Below are positions 1 through 10,332 of a DNA stretch of 64,000 nucleotides, one piece after another (within the stretch, counting starts at the first letter, position 1; each line of letters begins with the position of its first letter). This DNA is from a virus, in IMG/VR virus record IMGVR_UViG_3300030390_000715, positions 1 through 64,000 of that record, one strand, 5' to 3'. The position numbers were made by a program, and so were the translations under genes. The notes beneath the pieces were generated by a model. The model did not search any database. It was not told the DNA's origin and saw only the letters and a list, made by a program, of their open reading frames with translations.

Positions 1-2
1 AA

Positions 3-662
3 GGCGACAAGGGTGACTCTGTTAAAGGCGACTCCATAAAGGGTGATAAAGGCGACAAGGGTGACAAAGGCGACTCTGTTAAAGGAGACAAAGGCGACTC
101 GATAAAGGGTGACAAAGGCGACAAAGGTGATACACCGGATATTGAAGCTAAGTTCGAAGAAGCCTTAGCGCAATTTAATGATAAATTGAATAGCAACCAA
201 AAGCTGGTCAAAACTAACACTGATACAATGCTCTCTAATGTTCAGAAGCAATTGTCTACTTTAGGTGGTGGTGGTTCTTACAAGATACTTGATAATGCTG
301 ATGTAGAAAAAACGAAATTAAGTTCAGTAGCCGGTGATAGTATACTGGTTTACGACCCTACAAAAAAGCTGTTTGTTGTAACTCCTTTTTTGTCAATATT
401 AGAAAGATTACGAGCGGAGTTAGAGGTGCAATACGATAAACTAATAGACGAAACTGACGCGACTGCCCATCCTCACGCACATCACCATGTTGGTTCCACG
501 TTTGTGGGTGAAGCGGCTCCCGGCTCTCTTAGAACCGCTGCGGTATGGAGAATAAAAAGAATATATGAATTGGCAGATAATCAAATCGAAATAATCTACG
601 CTAATGGTAGTGCTGATTTCGATAAAGTTTGGGATGATCGACTAACTTATACATTCGACTAA
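3..662 (+). CDS. Collagen-like (GDK repeat) virion fibre protein, 5'-truncated by window edge
   Basis: Frame is open from nt 3 (GDKGDSVKGDSIKGDKGDKG...) into the 186..662 ORF; C-terminal GEAAPG...WRIKRI...WDDRLTY domain. Confidence 0.75.
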   Translation, partial: GDKGDSVKGDSIKGDKGDKGDKGDSVKGDKGDSIKGDKGDKGDTPDIEAKFEEALAQFNDKLNSNQKLVKTNTDTMLSNVQKQLSTLGGGGSYKILDNADVEKTKLSSVAGDSILVYDPTKKLFVVTPFLSILERLRAELEVQYDKLIDETDATAHPHAHHHVGSTFVGEAAPGSLRTAAVWRIKRIYELADNQIEIIYANGSADFDKVWDDRLTYTFD

Positions 663-672
663 TGTTTAAACG

Positions 673-680
673 TATAAATA
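673..680 (+). promoter_or_regulatory. T4-type late promoter
   Basis: TATAAATA 40 nt upstream of the 721 ORF (GGAG RBS). Confidence 0.75.
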
Positions 681-720
681 GAATGTATACAAAAACTAAC
701 AATATTGGAGAGTTTCAACA

Positions 721-2037
721 ATGGCACTGATCACTGATCCAGATGACCTAAACCAAGGTACTGAAATTACTTTGGATACAGCCGCATTAACTTTTGAACT
801 AACGGTTACGGGCAATTTAAGCAATGATGGGGCGACCGGTCAGGCTTTATACTCGTTTCTAAAAGAAGAATGGAAAAACGATTCTTCTCTTATTCCTTAT
901 CCTTTCCCGATGGTATCGATCACACCGGAGCAGTTTGAATTTATTAAAGGATGGAAGCCAGCAAACGACACCACTCGCAACTTAATGCGATCATGTGGTT
1001 GGCGTGAGATTAACGCGGCTGGTGTTGTAAATCGTGAGTATATTGGTATTATAACACTTGGTGATATCGATAACGCAGATACAGGGTACTACGCATTCAG
1101 CTCCGACAGTGGTAAAACAGATTTCGATTTTCCTGGCGAAGTGAATCAGGGTGTTCAGACCTTCGGTGACTCAACTAATGGCAACTTTGACAAGCGTAGT
1201 AACGCATTAACTACTTTCATAAGAATTGCAGGCAAGATATATGGTTCTGCGACATCCGGAAGTATTGGTCTAACAGCACTTAACTACATTGCTAACCGAT
1301 TCCCTCTTGCTGAAAGCCTAGACGGTAAAATTACAGCGAGTGACGCGACTATCGCGTCTGCTTTACCTTATACAGGGATGAGCATTACTTACGGGGCAGT
1401 GACTCGATCTATCGGTGGAATATCAAGAAACTTTGGTGTAGTTATTGATGGTAATAACGGTACAGCCGAGCAAATCTATGAATTTGTACAGTACTCTTTA
1501 CGTCAAGCGACTGATATTGATGCTGATGGTACAGGCGTAGAAATAGGATCTCTAGCAACTAGTCTATTGAGCTTTGTTGGTGACACGTTGGTGACTCAAA
1601 ATGCATTCATCGACAACTTCCAATCTAATGATACTAACAGATTGACCTTCACCGATACTGGTGGCACAGAACGCACGTTCCCATTCGTAGCCGCAGGAAC
1701 ACTTAGTCCTAACCCCAACTTGACCGCAGATGGAAACGCGATCTATAGAGCGTTCTTTACTGCAGGCTTCGGTACAGCGGGTGCTTTGATCGTAAACGAT
1801 AACAGTGGCAATCCTATCTCCGGTACTATCAGCGGTAGTTCATCTATAGCGTTCGACTTTGATTATGATGGAAATACTCAAGGTGGTCGTACAGCGGGCA
1901 CAGACGCAGAAATAACGGTAGTAGCTATTGGATTAAACTCCGCGCAGTATGTAAGTGCGACAGCTACAATCGGTCGAGCGACTGGTCAGAACATCTCATT
2001 GGTTGCGCCTTTGGAAAGAAACTACAGCAATCCATAA
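721..2037 (+). CDS. Putative virion structural protein
   Basis: 438 aa, G/T/S/D-rich, late promoter, ends ERNYSNP. Confidence 0.6.
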   Translation: MALITDPDDLNQGTEITLDTAALTFELTVTGNLSNDGATGQALYSFLKEEWKNDSSLIPYPFPMVSITPEQFEFIKGWKPANDTTRNLMRSCGWREINAAGVVNREYIGIITLGDIDNADTGYYAFSSDSGKTDFDFPGEVNQGVQTFGDSTNGNFDKRSNALTTFIRIAGKIYGSATSGSIGLTALNYIANRFPLAESLDGKITASDATIASALPYTGMSITYGAVTRSIGGISRNFGVVIDGNNGTAEQIYEFVQYSLRQATDIDADGTGVEIGSLATSLLSFVGDTLVTQNAFIDNFQSNDTNRLTFTDTGGTERTFPFVAAGTLSPNPNLTADGNAIYRAFFTAGFGTAGALIVNDNSGNPISGTISGSSSIAFDFDYDGNTQGGRTAGTDAEITVVAIGLNSAQYVSATATIGRATGQNISLVAPLERNYSNP

Positions 2038-2049
2038 GGGGTATTTTGA

Positions 2050-3291
2050 GTGACATATTTGGTAAGCCTACAAGCTCTATCGCCTGACCATCTATGGGAA
2101 TTCGATGGCGACTTCGACGATACTGTCGGAGTCGCTAACGGCACCAATACTGACTTTACGTTTCTAGGACAAATTGTCGATGGTGCTAGTAGTTCCGCAG
2201 ATTGTGATGCAACTGATGCTCGTGTCACTTTAGCAAATAGAGCGACTATTACAGGAACCCTAGACCGCAAAGTAATGGGTGGTTGGGTTCGATTGGACTC
2301 TATACAACTTCCGCCAAAATCAATTTATCGTGAGGGAGAAGATAACGACCAGTTTAATTTGGTGTTATGGGCAGGCAATAACTTGCTCTTTGAAATTGTT
2401 GTGGGAGGTGTTATTTTTCAAGCATATAGCAACAATGTTCTTCTTCCTGGGCGTACTTACCATATACTCGCAAGAGTAGAAGGTAGTGCTTACGGCGATA
2501 CTTTTGCTTTATATATTGATGGAATTAAACAAGATCAAACTGAGCCAAGGTCCGGAGTATTTGGCATTGCTAGTTTAGCACAAAGATTTAATGCAGTGTG
2601 GGGAGAGCCTGCTGGTGTTACCCGAGTAGGAGACACAAACGTAGTTTTAAACGGTTGCGAAAGGTGTCGTTATTCATATTGGGCTTCTTTTAGCGGAGCT
2701 AACGCACAGCTAACAGATACAGAAATACGTGAAGTTTTATTTGAACAAGGTGCGATACCTAGTGCAACTATTACTACAGGCACACAGGCTCAAATGCAAA
2801 CACAGATAGATGCGGGAGCCAATTCATTTAGAAGTGACGCGCCTCTGAACGTCAGAGTAGAACCTGTCAGTGGAGGAGGAGATTTTACGTTGATTGCTAA
2901 CAATGTCACTCACGATCCTCTTGCTTCTATTCATATCCAATACACGGGCACAGATACGCTAAATTATATTAACGCAAATGGTTCCAACGCCAGTATCGGG
3001 TCTACCCCAAATGGTGGAACAATCAACTTTATTACTCCTTCGACTATAACTGTATCACCGTTAATTCCTGGAACAGAGGTTAGAATATATGAGTCGGGCA
3101 CTGAAACTGAGTTGGGTGGAGTCGAAAACTCAACGACGAGTTTCAGTTTATTAGTTCAAACTCCTAATGTAGATGTTGTTATACATAATGAAGAATACGT
3201 ATATGTTCGAGTTGACAATCTAGATATGACATCTGGTGACTTAGCATTACCAGTTTCACAGCAATTTGATAGAGGTTACAATAACCCATAA
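2050..3291 (+). CDS. LamG/ConA-like domain virion protein
   Basis: PDHLWEFDG, YHILAR, LYIDG LamG-like motifs; paralogous to the C-terminal half of 3291..5486. Confidence 0.6.
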   Translation: MTYLVSLQALSPDHLWEFDGDFDDTVGVANGTNTDFTFLGQIVDGASSSADCDATDARVTLANRATITGTLDRKVMGGWVRLDSIQLPPKSIYREGEDNDQFNLVLWAGNNLLFEIVVGGVIFQAYSNNVLLPGRTYHILARVEGSAYGDTFALYIDGIKQDQTEPRSGVFGIASLAQRFNAVWGEPAGVTRVGDTNVVLNGCERCRYSYWASFSGANAQLTDTEIREVLFEQGAIPSATITTGTQAQMQTQIDAGANSFRSDAPLNVRVEPVSGGGDFTLIANNVTHDPLASIHIQYTGTDTLNYINANGSNASIGSTPNGGTINFITPSTITVSPLIPGTEVRIYESGTETELGGVENSTTSFSLLVQTPNVDVVIHNEEYVYVRVDNLDMTSGDLALPVSQQFDRGYNNP

Positions 3292-5486
3292 TGGCTATTT
3301 CATTAGTCGGAACTAATATACAAGACACCGGTTCAGGTAACGCATTAACCTTTGCTGTACCTGGAGCCGCGCAAGCGGACGATCTAATATTAGTAGCCGT
3401 AAAACAATCTGATAATGGTGCCGCCGGAATATGGGACGATGACGGTGGTGGTGGACGCGGTTACACACAGCTTGCATATAATAGAAGCACCGGTGGTCGA
3501 GATCAAGAAACTGCCATTTACTTTAAGGTGCATAGCGGGTCAGAATCTAATCCGACGTTCACATGGAGATTAGGCGTTACCGGTGAACCCATGTCGGGCG
3601 CGATGCTTATCTATCGAGGCGTCGATACTTCTGACCCAATCGCAAACTTTGGATTCCTTAATGGCCAGAATAACGCGGCTCCAGCTAACCCTACTGCCAA
3701 TGTATCCGGTCCGTCACAAGTTGTTGTAGTACATGCCGCTACGCACGATGACATTGTTTCGCCACAACCGCCTACGGACTTCACGATGCGGGCTCAGGTG
3801 TGGGCAGGCACTAGCAATGATCACCGTAACCTTTTTGTTGCAGACAAATTTGTAGGTGATCTGGGCTTTTACAGTCCGGGTGCTTGGAATCATACGGTTA
3901 GTAGTACAACACCGGAATTTCATACATACACTTTAGTACTATCAGAACTACAGAGTGTAGGCTTTACTAATATTCCGAGTGGTAATGAATTCGGAACAAG
4001 TGTGACAGTAGAAGGCTTTGACTTTGGATCTGTCCAAGGATCGGGAAAAATAGAGCTATGGAGTGATGCGACCGGAACAATTAAAGTTAACCAAACTGTA
4101 ACGTCTTGGTCAGACACTTCTGTCTCTTTCCTAGCGGTACAGGGGACGCTAAGTAATAACACGACATTATACGTAGTACTAACAAACAATGCAGGTGATG
4201 AAACATTCGCCACCGCAATTATATTTGGAATTCCGTCTTACACTCAACTCGTCACGCAATTGGCGCCTGATCATTACTGGACCTTTAACAACAATTACAT
4301 CGATGTTATCAACGGCAATACTATTAACCTTAATGTCCAAGGATCAGGGAACTTCGTTACTCAACCAATTGCAGAAAACTCACCGGTCTCGTGGTTGAGC
4401 CTAGGTGGTAGACGCGGTCCCGATAACAGTAGTGTAATGAACACTGCGACTACAGTTAATGGAGTAAGGGCTGGCTGGATTCGAGTTAACACACTTCCAA
4501 AACCATTAACTTGCATTTATGAAGAAGGTGGTGGTGTAAATAACTTAGCGTTCTTTCTAGGCATGGGCAACAAGCTTATCGCCCAGTTAGCTGATACGAA
4601 TGACGATAACGTACAAGTATTTAGTGATTTTGCGCTCGTTGTTGGTCGTTCATATCATATCTTACTTAGATTTTCGTATGATGGTTCTGAACCTGTCAAT
4701 GAACTTGCACTTTATATAGATGGTATTAAACAGCAAGTGTCCGCTGGTAATCCTCTAACGGCTACGAATCTCGACGCGCACCCCGGAGCAATAACATTCG
4801 GAGGAACAGGTGGTAACCTAGAGGTCGGCGGAACCAACGTGGATTTTCTAGAGCAAGAGAACACAAACTTTTCTAATTGGGTTTCTTTTTCGACCAACAA
4901 AAGTGCGACCGAACTTTACCCTCTCTTTGCGCGAGGCGCAATTCCAGAAGTCACTTTTCCTGAGTCTACAGTGGCTTCACTACAAAGCCAGTTAGATGCA
5001 TATAGTGATCAAACTTTCCAGAACGTCGGTCCTCTTGCTTTAAGAATATCGGGTGCAACTACTATCGCTGATCTAACTCTCACTGCCAATGATATTGTTT
5101 TTGATGAAGCTATTTCGTTATTTTTAGAATGGCGAGGGCTTTCTCAATTGACCATAATTAACAAAGGCACAAGTAATTTTAGAGCGGAGAAGTGTATAGT
5201 AACAAGTACCTTAGGCTCTATCGTTATCATAGATGCACCACTTTTAACATTGACGGGCATACAAGCAGGATCAGAGGTAAGAGTATACGATAGTTCTACT
5301 AACCAAGAACTGGCGGGCTCCGAATCTGTTACAGGCACCTTTACAGCTTCATTGGAATCCACTACCGTGAATATTGTAGTTGTTAGTGTTCAATACGAAT
5401 ACCTGAGAATTGAAGATGTAGTTTTGAATCAAGATTTAACACTACCAATTCTGCAACAATTCGATAGGAATTATTCAAATGAGTGA
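3291..5486 (+). CDS. Large LamG/ConA-like fibre or adhesin protein
   Basis: 731 aa; PDHYWTFN, YHILLR, LYIDG; Ig-like segment (TSWSDTSV); ends DRNYSNE. Confidence 0.6.
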   Translation: MAISLVGTNIQDTGSGNALTFAVPGAAQADDLILVAVKQSDNGAAGIWDDDGGGGRGYTQLAYNRSTGGRDQETAIYFKVHSGSESNPTFTWRLGVTGEPMSGAMLIYRGVDTSDPIANFGFLNGQNNAAPANPTANVSGPSQVVVVHAATHDDIVSPQPPTDFTMRAQVWAGTSNDHRNLFVADKFVGDLGFYSPGAWNHTVSSTTPEFHTYTLVLSELQSVGFTNIPSGNEFGTSVTVEGFDFGSVQGSGKIELWSDATGTIKVNQTVTSWSDTSVSFLAVQGTLSNNTTLYVVLTNNAGDETFATAIIFGIPSYTQLVTQLAPDHYWTFNNNYIDVINGNTINLNVQGSGNFVTQPIAENSPVSWLSLGGRRGPDNSSVMNTATTVNGVRAGWIRVNTLPKPLTCIYEEGGGVNNLAFFLGMGNKLIAQLADTNDDNVQVFSDFALVVGRSYHILLRFSYDGSEPVNELALYIDGIKQQVSAGNPLTATNLDAHPGAITFGGTGGNLEVGGTNVDFLEQENTNFSNWVSFSTNKSATELYPLFARGAIPEVTFPESTVASLQSQLDAYSDQTFQNVGPLALRISGATTIADLTLTANDIVFDEAISLFLEWRGLSQLTIINKGTSNFRAEKCIVTSTLGSIVIIDAPLLTLTGIQAGSEVRVYDSSTNQELAGSESVTGTFTASLESTTVNIVVVSVQYEYLRIEDVVLNQDLTLPILQQFDRNYSNE

Positions 5487-5997
5487 TGCAGTTTTTGACG
5501 GCGACAATCTATACATAACACTACCCAGTCTAGGCTCGTATAATGCTGAGGTAGATTTATATTCGGCTTGGAAAGAATGGATTATTCTAGTCGATAACGC
5601 TAAATTTCCTATCGCATTCTCTACTACTGGTGGAGATGATATTGGTTCAGGTGATTCGTTAGCGCCAGCATTCTTTGTCAGAAATGATTTAGGTTGGAGA
5701 ATAAAAATGCCTAGTGCATCTGGTGAAATAAAAATCGATGGTAACATATTTCCAAGAGATCCTACACTGGACATGTTCGAAGCTACTGACGGGTTTGACG
5801 CGTTTGTTAGCCTTAAGACTTCAGCTAATGCGCTTGTCGTTAGCGCGGACGCTGAAGCCGCCACGATTACTACTGGCGATATAAATGCAATTGCCGCTAA
5901 AGTATGGGATACAATATTAGAAGATCACCTGACTAATGGCACTACAGGCAAAAAGCTGAACGATAACTTAAAGAAGACTCTCTTCTTAGCAGATTAA
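5479..5997 (+). CDS. Putative virion structural protein
   Basis: DLYSAWKEW/GWRI motifs resemble the N-terminus of the 721 ORF (ALYSFLKEEW/GWK). Confidence 0.5.
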   Translation: MSDAVFDGDNLYITLPSLGSYNAEVDLYSAWKEWIILVDNAKFPIAFSTTGGDDIGSGDSLAPAFFVRNDLGWRIKMPSASGEIKIDGNIFPRDPTLDMFEATDGFDAFVSLKTSANALVVSADAEAATITTGDINAIAAKVWDTILEDHLTNGTTGKKLNDNLKKTLFLAD

Positions 5998-6052
5998 CAA
6001 AACGCTATATATGACATTAAATGATAACATAACTATGAACTACGGAGAATGT

Positions 6053-6310
6053 ATGAGTGATAACGATGTAATTGTCGACGAGATTAAAAGCGAAGATGCG
6101 GAGCCTATTGTAACTGGATCTAATGGCATCGAAGACTTGATCGATGCAATTGGTAGCGAAGATTTCGGCACTGCTGAAACTTGCTTTAACGATCTCGTGG
6201 GTTCGCGATTGTCCGATACTCTTGACCAAGCGAAGATTAAAGTAGCTGACAGTATCTTTAACGCACAATTGGACGATGAACCAGCAGTCGAACCCGAAGA
6301 AGAAGTGTAA
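6053..6310 (+). CDS. Acidic prohead core protein (gp67-like by synteny)
   Basis: Small acidic ORF upstream of gp21; GGAG RBS before ATG 6053. Confidence 0.5.
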   Translation: MSDNDVIVDEIKSEDAEPIVTGSNGIEDLIDAIGSEDFGTAETCFNDLVGSRLSDTLDQAKIKVADSIFNAQLDDEPAVEPEEEV

Positions 6311-6321
6311 AACTTCTTTTG

Positions 6322-6329
6322 TATAAATA
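6322..6329 (+). promoter_or_regulatory. T4-type late promoter
   Basis: TATAAATA ahead of the head-assembly genes. Confidence 0.7.
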
Positions 6330-6968
6330 ATGATAGTAGATAAAAAGTTCGAGAAAACTCTCGAAGATTTAGCGGAAAAACAACTCTTTTATGTAATGAA
6401 GAATAAAGGGTTGTTTTCCGATCCTACACATCTTAGCACTGTTCAATATATGAATGCGAAGAATTGTAGAAATCAGATTAAGTTTAACGAACTTCTCTAT
6501 AATAAGCTAGTGAAACATGATAGCAAGGGAGTGTATCTGGACATTGGAGTTGGTCCAGCCTTCTTAGAGTTATGCAATAGTAAGCTCGGCAATAAGTTAC
6601 ATTTATCGACCGTTGAATGGGAAGAACAGATTGACCAGTTCAAGGTAGTAAGAGATGAATGGGATGTTAATGTCGATTATGTATGTAATGACATACTAGC
6701 AGATGATTTTAAAATATATAATTGTGAGACATTTTACGATTATGTAATATTACAAAGATTCTTTCCAGTCTATAAATCAGACGTAACAGAAAGAATCGAT
6801 GAAGTGTTGAAGAAATTTATACCTTATGCGAAAAAGGCTATTATAGTCGAGGCAGATAATAACTGGTGCTCCAATCAATGGGAGCATTTACTTGCAATAT
6901 CTGAGAAACGCGTGAAGGTGTACGGAAGCTTTAATATGTTTCTCATTAATTTGGAGCGATATAAATGA
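6330..6968 (+). CDS. Class I SAM-dependent methyltransferase-like protein
   Basis: YLDIGVGPAF motif I; FYDYVI motif. Confidence 0.6.
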   Translation: MIVDKKFEKTLEDLAEKQLFYVMKNKGLFSDPTHLSTVQYMNAKNCRNQIKFNELLYNKLVKHDSKGVYLDIGVGPAFLELCNSKLGNKLHLSTVEWEEQIDQFKVVRDEWDVNVDYVCNDILADDFKIYNCETFYDYVILQRFFPVYKSDVTERIDEVLKKFIPYAKKAIIVEADNNWCSNQWEHLLAISEKRVKVYGSFNMFLINLERYK

Positions 6969-7177
6969 TCACATTCGGTCAAATCAGAGTAGTAAGCGAA
7001 GCTAGTAAAATGCCCAAGGGTGAACATGTTTGGGATAAGAAAGTTGGTAAAGTTAAAGTTATGATACACAAAGAGCCAAAAGGCTTCACCACTTATATTG
7101 ACGGTGATAAATTAGATACCTATAAAACTCAAAAAGAAGCCGAGAAGATGGGTATTACATTCGCTAAGGAAATGTAA
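6965..7177 (+). CDS. Small prohead core protein (gp68-like position)
   Basis: Directly before gp21; N-terminus MITFGQIRVVSE resembles a capsid-targeting sequence. Confidence 0.45.
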   Translation: MITFGQIRVVSEASKMPKGEHVWDKKVGKVKVMIHKEPKGFTTYIDGDKLDTYKTQKEAEKMGITFAKEM

Positions 7178-7846
7178 ATGAAACTTATTACAGAATATAC
7201 AGAAAATGATGTGCATTGCATTGTAGAGAAAAAAGAGAATGGTGAGAAATCATACATGATCGAAGGTGTATTCATGCAAGCAGAATCAAAGAATAGAAAT
7301 GGTCGTATTTACCCTAAGCAGATTATGGAAAAAGCTGTGGATAAATATGTCAAAGAACAAGTAAGTACGAAACGAGCGGTTGGTGAATTGAACCATCCCG
7401 AAGGTCCTACTGTAAATCTTGATAAAGTTTCACATCTCATTACTGACCTTCAGTGGGAAGGCAATGATGTTGTTGGAAAGGCACAAATATTGGATACTCC
7501 AATGGGTAGGATTGTTAAAGGTCTTCTCGAAGGTGGCGTTCAACTAGGTGTGTCAACTCGTGGTATGGGTAGTCTTGAGAGTAGAAGTGGCGTTATGTAC
7601 GTCAAATCCGATTTTCTTTTGAACACTGTAGATATTGTCCAAGATCCTAGTGCGCCTAGTGCGTTCGTTAATGGAATCATGGAAGGTGTAGACTGGGTTT
7701 GGAATAATGGTATTCTATCACCTCAAGTAATTGAAAATATGGAGACAGAAATAAGAAATGCTCCGAAAGCGTACAGTTCCGCTGTACAAATTCGTGAGTA
7801 CAAAAATTTCCTCTCGTTACTCAAATCTAACTTTAAGGAGTTATAA
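7178..7846 (+). CDS. 21: Prohead protease gp21
   Basis: MKLITE, NRNGRIY, GELNHP, GVSTRGMGSL, DPSAP motifs. Confidence 0.95.
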   Translation: MKLITEYTENDVHCIVEKKENGEKSYMIEGVFMQAESKNRNGRIYPKQIMEKAVDKYVKEQVSTKRAVGELNHPEGPTVNLDKVSHLITDLQWEGNDVVGKAQILDTPMGRIVKGLLEGGVQLGVSTRGMGSLESRSGVMYVKSDFLLNTVDIVQDPSAPSAFVNGIMEGVDWVWNNGILSPQVIENMETEIRNAPKAYSSAVQIREYKNFLSLLKSNFKEL

Positions 7847-7847
7847 C

Positions 7848-8888
7848 ATGTCAGATAACGATATGGATACAAAACTTCCTGTTGATGAGGATAACTCAAT
7901 CGAGGAAGCTAGTACTCAACAAATGCCAGTAGGCACAGAAGCGGATTCTATTTCGTCTGTAGATAAGGCAGAGGATGGAGTTAAGAGCAAAGCACCAGTA
8001 CGTAAGGGTGATAGCACTAAGCAAGATCCAGCACCAAAGACTAAAGCCGGTTTACTAAATGCTATGTACGGGAAACTATCTTCTATGAAGAAAGCTGACC
8101 TGAACGCTGTTTTCAGTAAGTTCTCCGAAGATTTCGAAATGGAAGAGTCAGATGCAATTGTATTGCCTGAGTTCTCTGTTACGGATGAATTGAATGATCT
8201 TGTTGAATCAGAAAGCACATTGTCAGATGAATTCAAAGCGAAAACCGCTGTAATCTTTGCAACTGCTGTCAAAGCTAAAATCTCGGAAGAGACTGATAGA
8301 TTAGAAGATGTATACCAATCACGACTTGACGAAGAGCTAGAGGCAACTCGAAGCGACCTTGTTGAGAAAGTGGATTCATATCTCAATTATGTTGTTGAGA
8401 ACTGGATGAAAGAGAATCAGGTAGCTGTAGAATCTGGTTTACGTACTGAGATAGCAGAAGGTTTCATGGCTAGTCTTAAAGACTTGTTTGTTGAATCTTA
8501 TATCGATGTACCTGAGTCTAAGGTGAATCTAGTAGACGAACTAGCGGAGCAAGTTGAAGAGTTAGAAACTAAACTCAACGATTCTGTAGGTTCATCTATT
8601 GCAATGTCAGAAGAATTAGAAGGGCTAAAGCGTTCACAGATTATCCGTGAAAATGCTGGTGACCTTGCTGACACACAGATCGAAAAGCTAGCCTCATTAG
8701 TTGAATCACTCGATTTTGAAGATGCTGAATCCTTTGCAGAGAAAGTTAAGACTGTAAAAGAGTCGTACTTCAAACAAGAAGTGGCTACAACTGAAGAAGC
8801 GATCATGGAAGATGTAGCCTCTGCGCCTGAAGAAGTTTCTGGCGTAATGGGACAATACCTTTCAGCACTTAAAACAATCAAAAAGTAA
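7848..8888 (+). CDS. 22: Prohead scaffold protein gp22
   Basis: VDSYLNYVVENW, LRTEIAEGF motifs; AAGGAG RBS before ATG 7848. Confidence 0.92.
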   Translation: MSDNDMDTKLPVDEDNSIEEASTQQMPVGTEADSISSVDKAEDGVKSKAPVRKGDSTKQDPAPKTKAGLLNAMYGKLSSMKKADLNAVFSKFSEDFEMEESDAIVLPEFSVTDELNDLVESESTLSDEFKAKTAVIFATAVKAKISEETDRLEDVYQSRLDEELEATRSDLVEKVDSYLNYVVENWMKENQVAVESGLRTEIAEGFMASLKDLFVESYIDVPESKVNLVDELAEQVEELETKLNDSVGSSIAMSEELEGLKRSQIIRENAGDLADTQIEKLASLVESLDFEDAESFAEKVKTVKESYFKQEVATTEEAIMEDVASAPEEVSGVMGQYLSALKTIKK

Positions 8889-8917
8889 CTTAATTTTTTA
8901 AATACGGAGTATTAAAA

Positions 8918-10258
8918 ATGCAACAATCATACGACAATTTAGTCGAAAAGTGGGGAGCAATCCTCAACGAAGAGTCTGCAGGAACAATCGCAGACAGCCA
9001 CCGTCGATCGGTAACAGCCGCTGTTCTTGAGAACCAAGAAAAAGCTATGGGTGAGCAAGCCGCAATGCTTTCTGAGTCACCTACTAACACTAACGCTACT
9101 GTAACTGGCGCTGATGGCAACTGGAATCCTATCCTTATTGCTCTAGTTCGACGCGCTATGCCTAACTTGATGGCATACGACCTAGCTGGTGTTCAGCCAA
9201 TGACTGGACCTACTGGTCTTATCTTCGCTATGAAGAGCCAGTACAAAACAACTCGTGCCGGAGCTACTACTGGTGACGAAGCGTTTTTCAGCGAAGCAGT
9301 CACCGGCTTCTCTGGTGACAGTTCAGCTACCACAGATGGACGTGGACCTTCTGGTCTTGTCGGCGCAACTGATACTGATGCTGACGGAACCCTAGTTGAT
9401 TCTGGCGCTGTTTATGTTCCTAAAGTTGGCGGAGCTATGCCTACTGTAGATGCAGAAGCACTCGGAAGCACTGGATCTGCGTTCGCAGAGATGGGATTCA
9501 CTATCGAGAAAGCTACTGTAACAGCTAAGTCACGTGCCCTGAAAGCGGCTTACTCGCTCGAATTAGCGCAAGACTTGAAAGCTATCCACGGTCTTGATGC
9601 TGAGACTGAGCTTGCTAACATTCTTTCTACTGAGATCCTTTCAGAGATGAATCGCGAGATCATCCGTACTATCAACAGCCAAGCTAAAATCGGTTGTTTG
9701 CAAGCTAACACAGCAACTAACGGTATCTTTGACTTGTCAACTGATGCTGATGGTCGTTGGAGTGTTGAGAAGTTCAAGGGTCTATTAGTACAATTAGATC
9801 GTGAGTGTAACGTCATTGCTAAAGAAACTCGACGTGGTAAAGGTAATGTAGTGATCTGTTCTTCAGACGTTGCTACTGCTCTAACTGCGGCTGGAATGCT
9901 TGATTATGCTCCTGCTCTTGCTACTAGCTTGAACGTAGATGATACCGGTAATACTTTTGCTGGTGTTCTTAACGGTCGAATCAAAGTCTATATCGATCCA
10001 TATGCTGTCGGTGATTATGTCACTGTTGGTTATAAGGGTACTAACCCATATGATGCTGGTATTTTCTACTGCCCATATGTGCCTTTACAGATGGTTCGTG
10101 CGATTGGCGAAGATGACTTCCAACCACGTATCGGGTTTAAGACTCGTTATGGTATGGTATCTAACCCATATGTCGGAGCTTCTGCGGCTGATGGACTTGC
10201 TACTGCTCGTACCAATCAGTACTACAGGATCTTCCGAGTCGACAATATCTTGGCATAA
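8918..10258 (+). CDS. 23: Major capsid protein gp23
   Basis: GVQPMTGPTGLIFA, ELAQDLKAIHGLDAE, FYCPYVPL, IGFKTRYG. Confidence 0.98.
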   Translation: MQQSYDNLVEKWGAILNEESAGTIADSHRRSVTAAVLENQEKAMGEQAAMLSESPTNTNATVTGADGNWNPILIALVRRAMPNLMAYDLAGVQPMTGPTGLIFAMKSQYKTTRAGATTGDEAFFSEAVTGFSGDSSATTDGRGPSGLVGATDTDADGTLVDSGAVYVPKVGGAMPTVDAEALGSTGSAFAEMGFTIEKATVTAKSRALKAAYSLELAQDLKAIHGLDAETELANILSTEILSEMNREIIRTINSQAKIGCLQANTATNGIFDLSTDADGRWSVEKFKGLLVQLDRECNVIAKETRRGKGNVVICSSDVATALTAAGMLDYAPALATSLNVDDTGNTFAGVLNGRIKVYIDPYAVGDYVTVGYKGTNPYDAGIFYCPYVPLQMVRAIGEDDFQPRIGFKTRYGMVSNPYVGASAADGLATARTNQYYRIFRVDNILA

Positions 10259-10294
10259 GCTTTGTCAAGACAATAAGAAACATGCAGTAACATT

Positions 10295-10323
10295 AAGGGA
10301 GTCTTTCGAGACTCCCTTTTTTT
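10295..10323 (+). terminator. Rho-independent terminator after gp23
   Basis: AAGGGAGTCT-TTCG-AGACTCCCTT hairpin followed by a T run. Confidence 0.9.
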
Positions 10324-10332
10324 AGGTCTACT

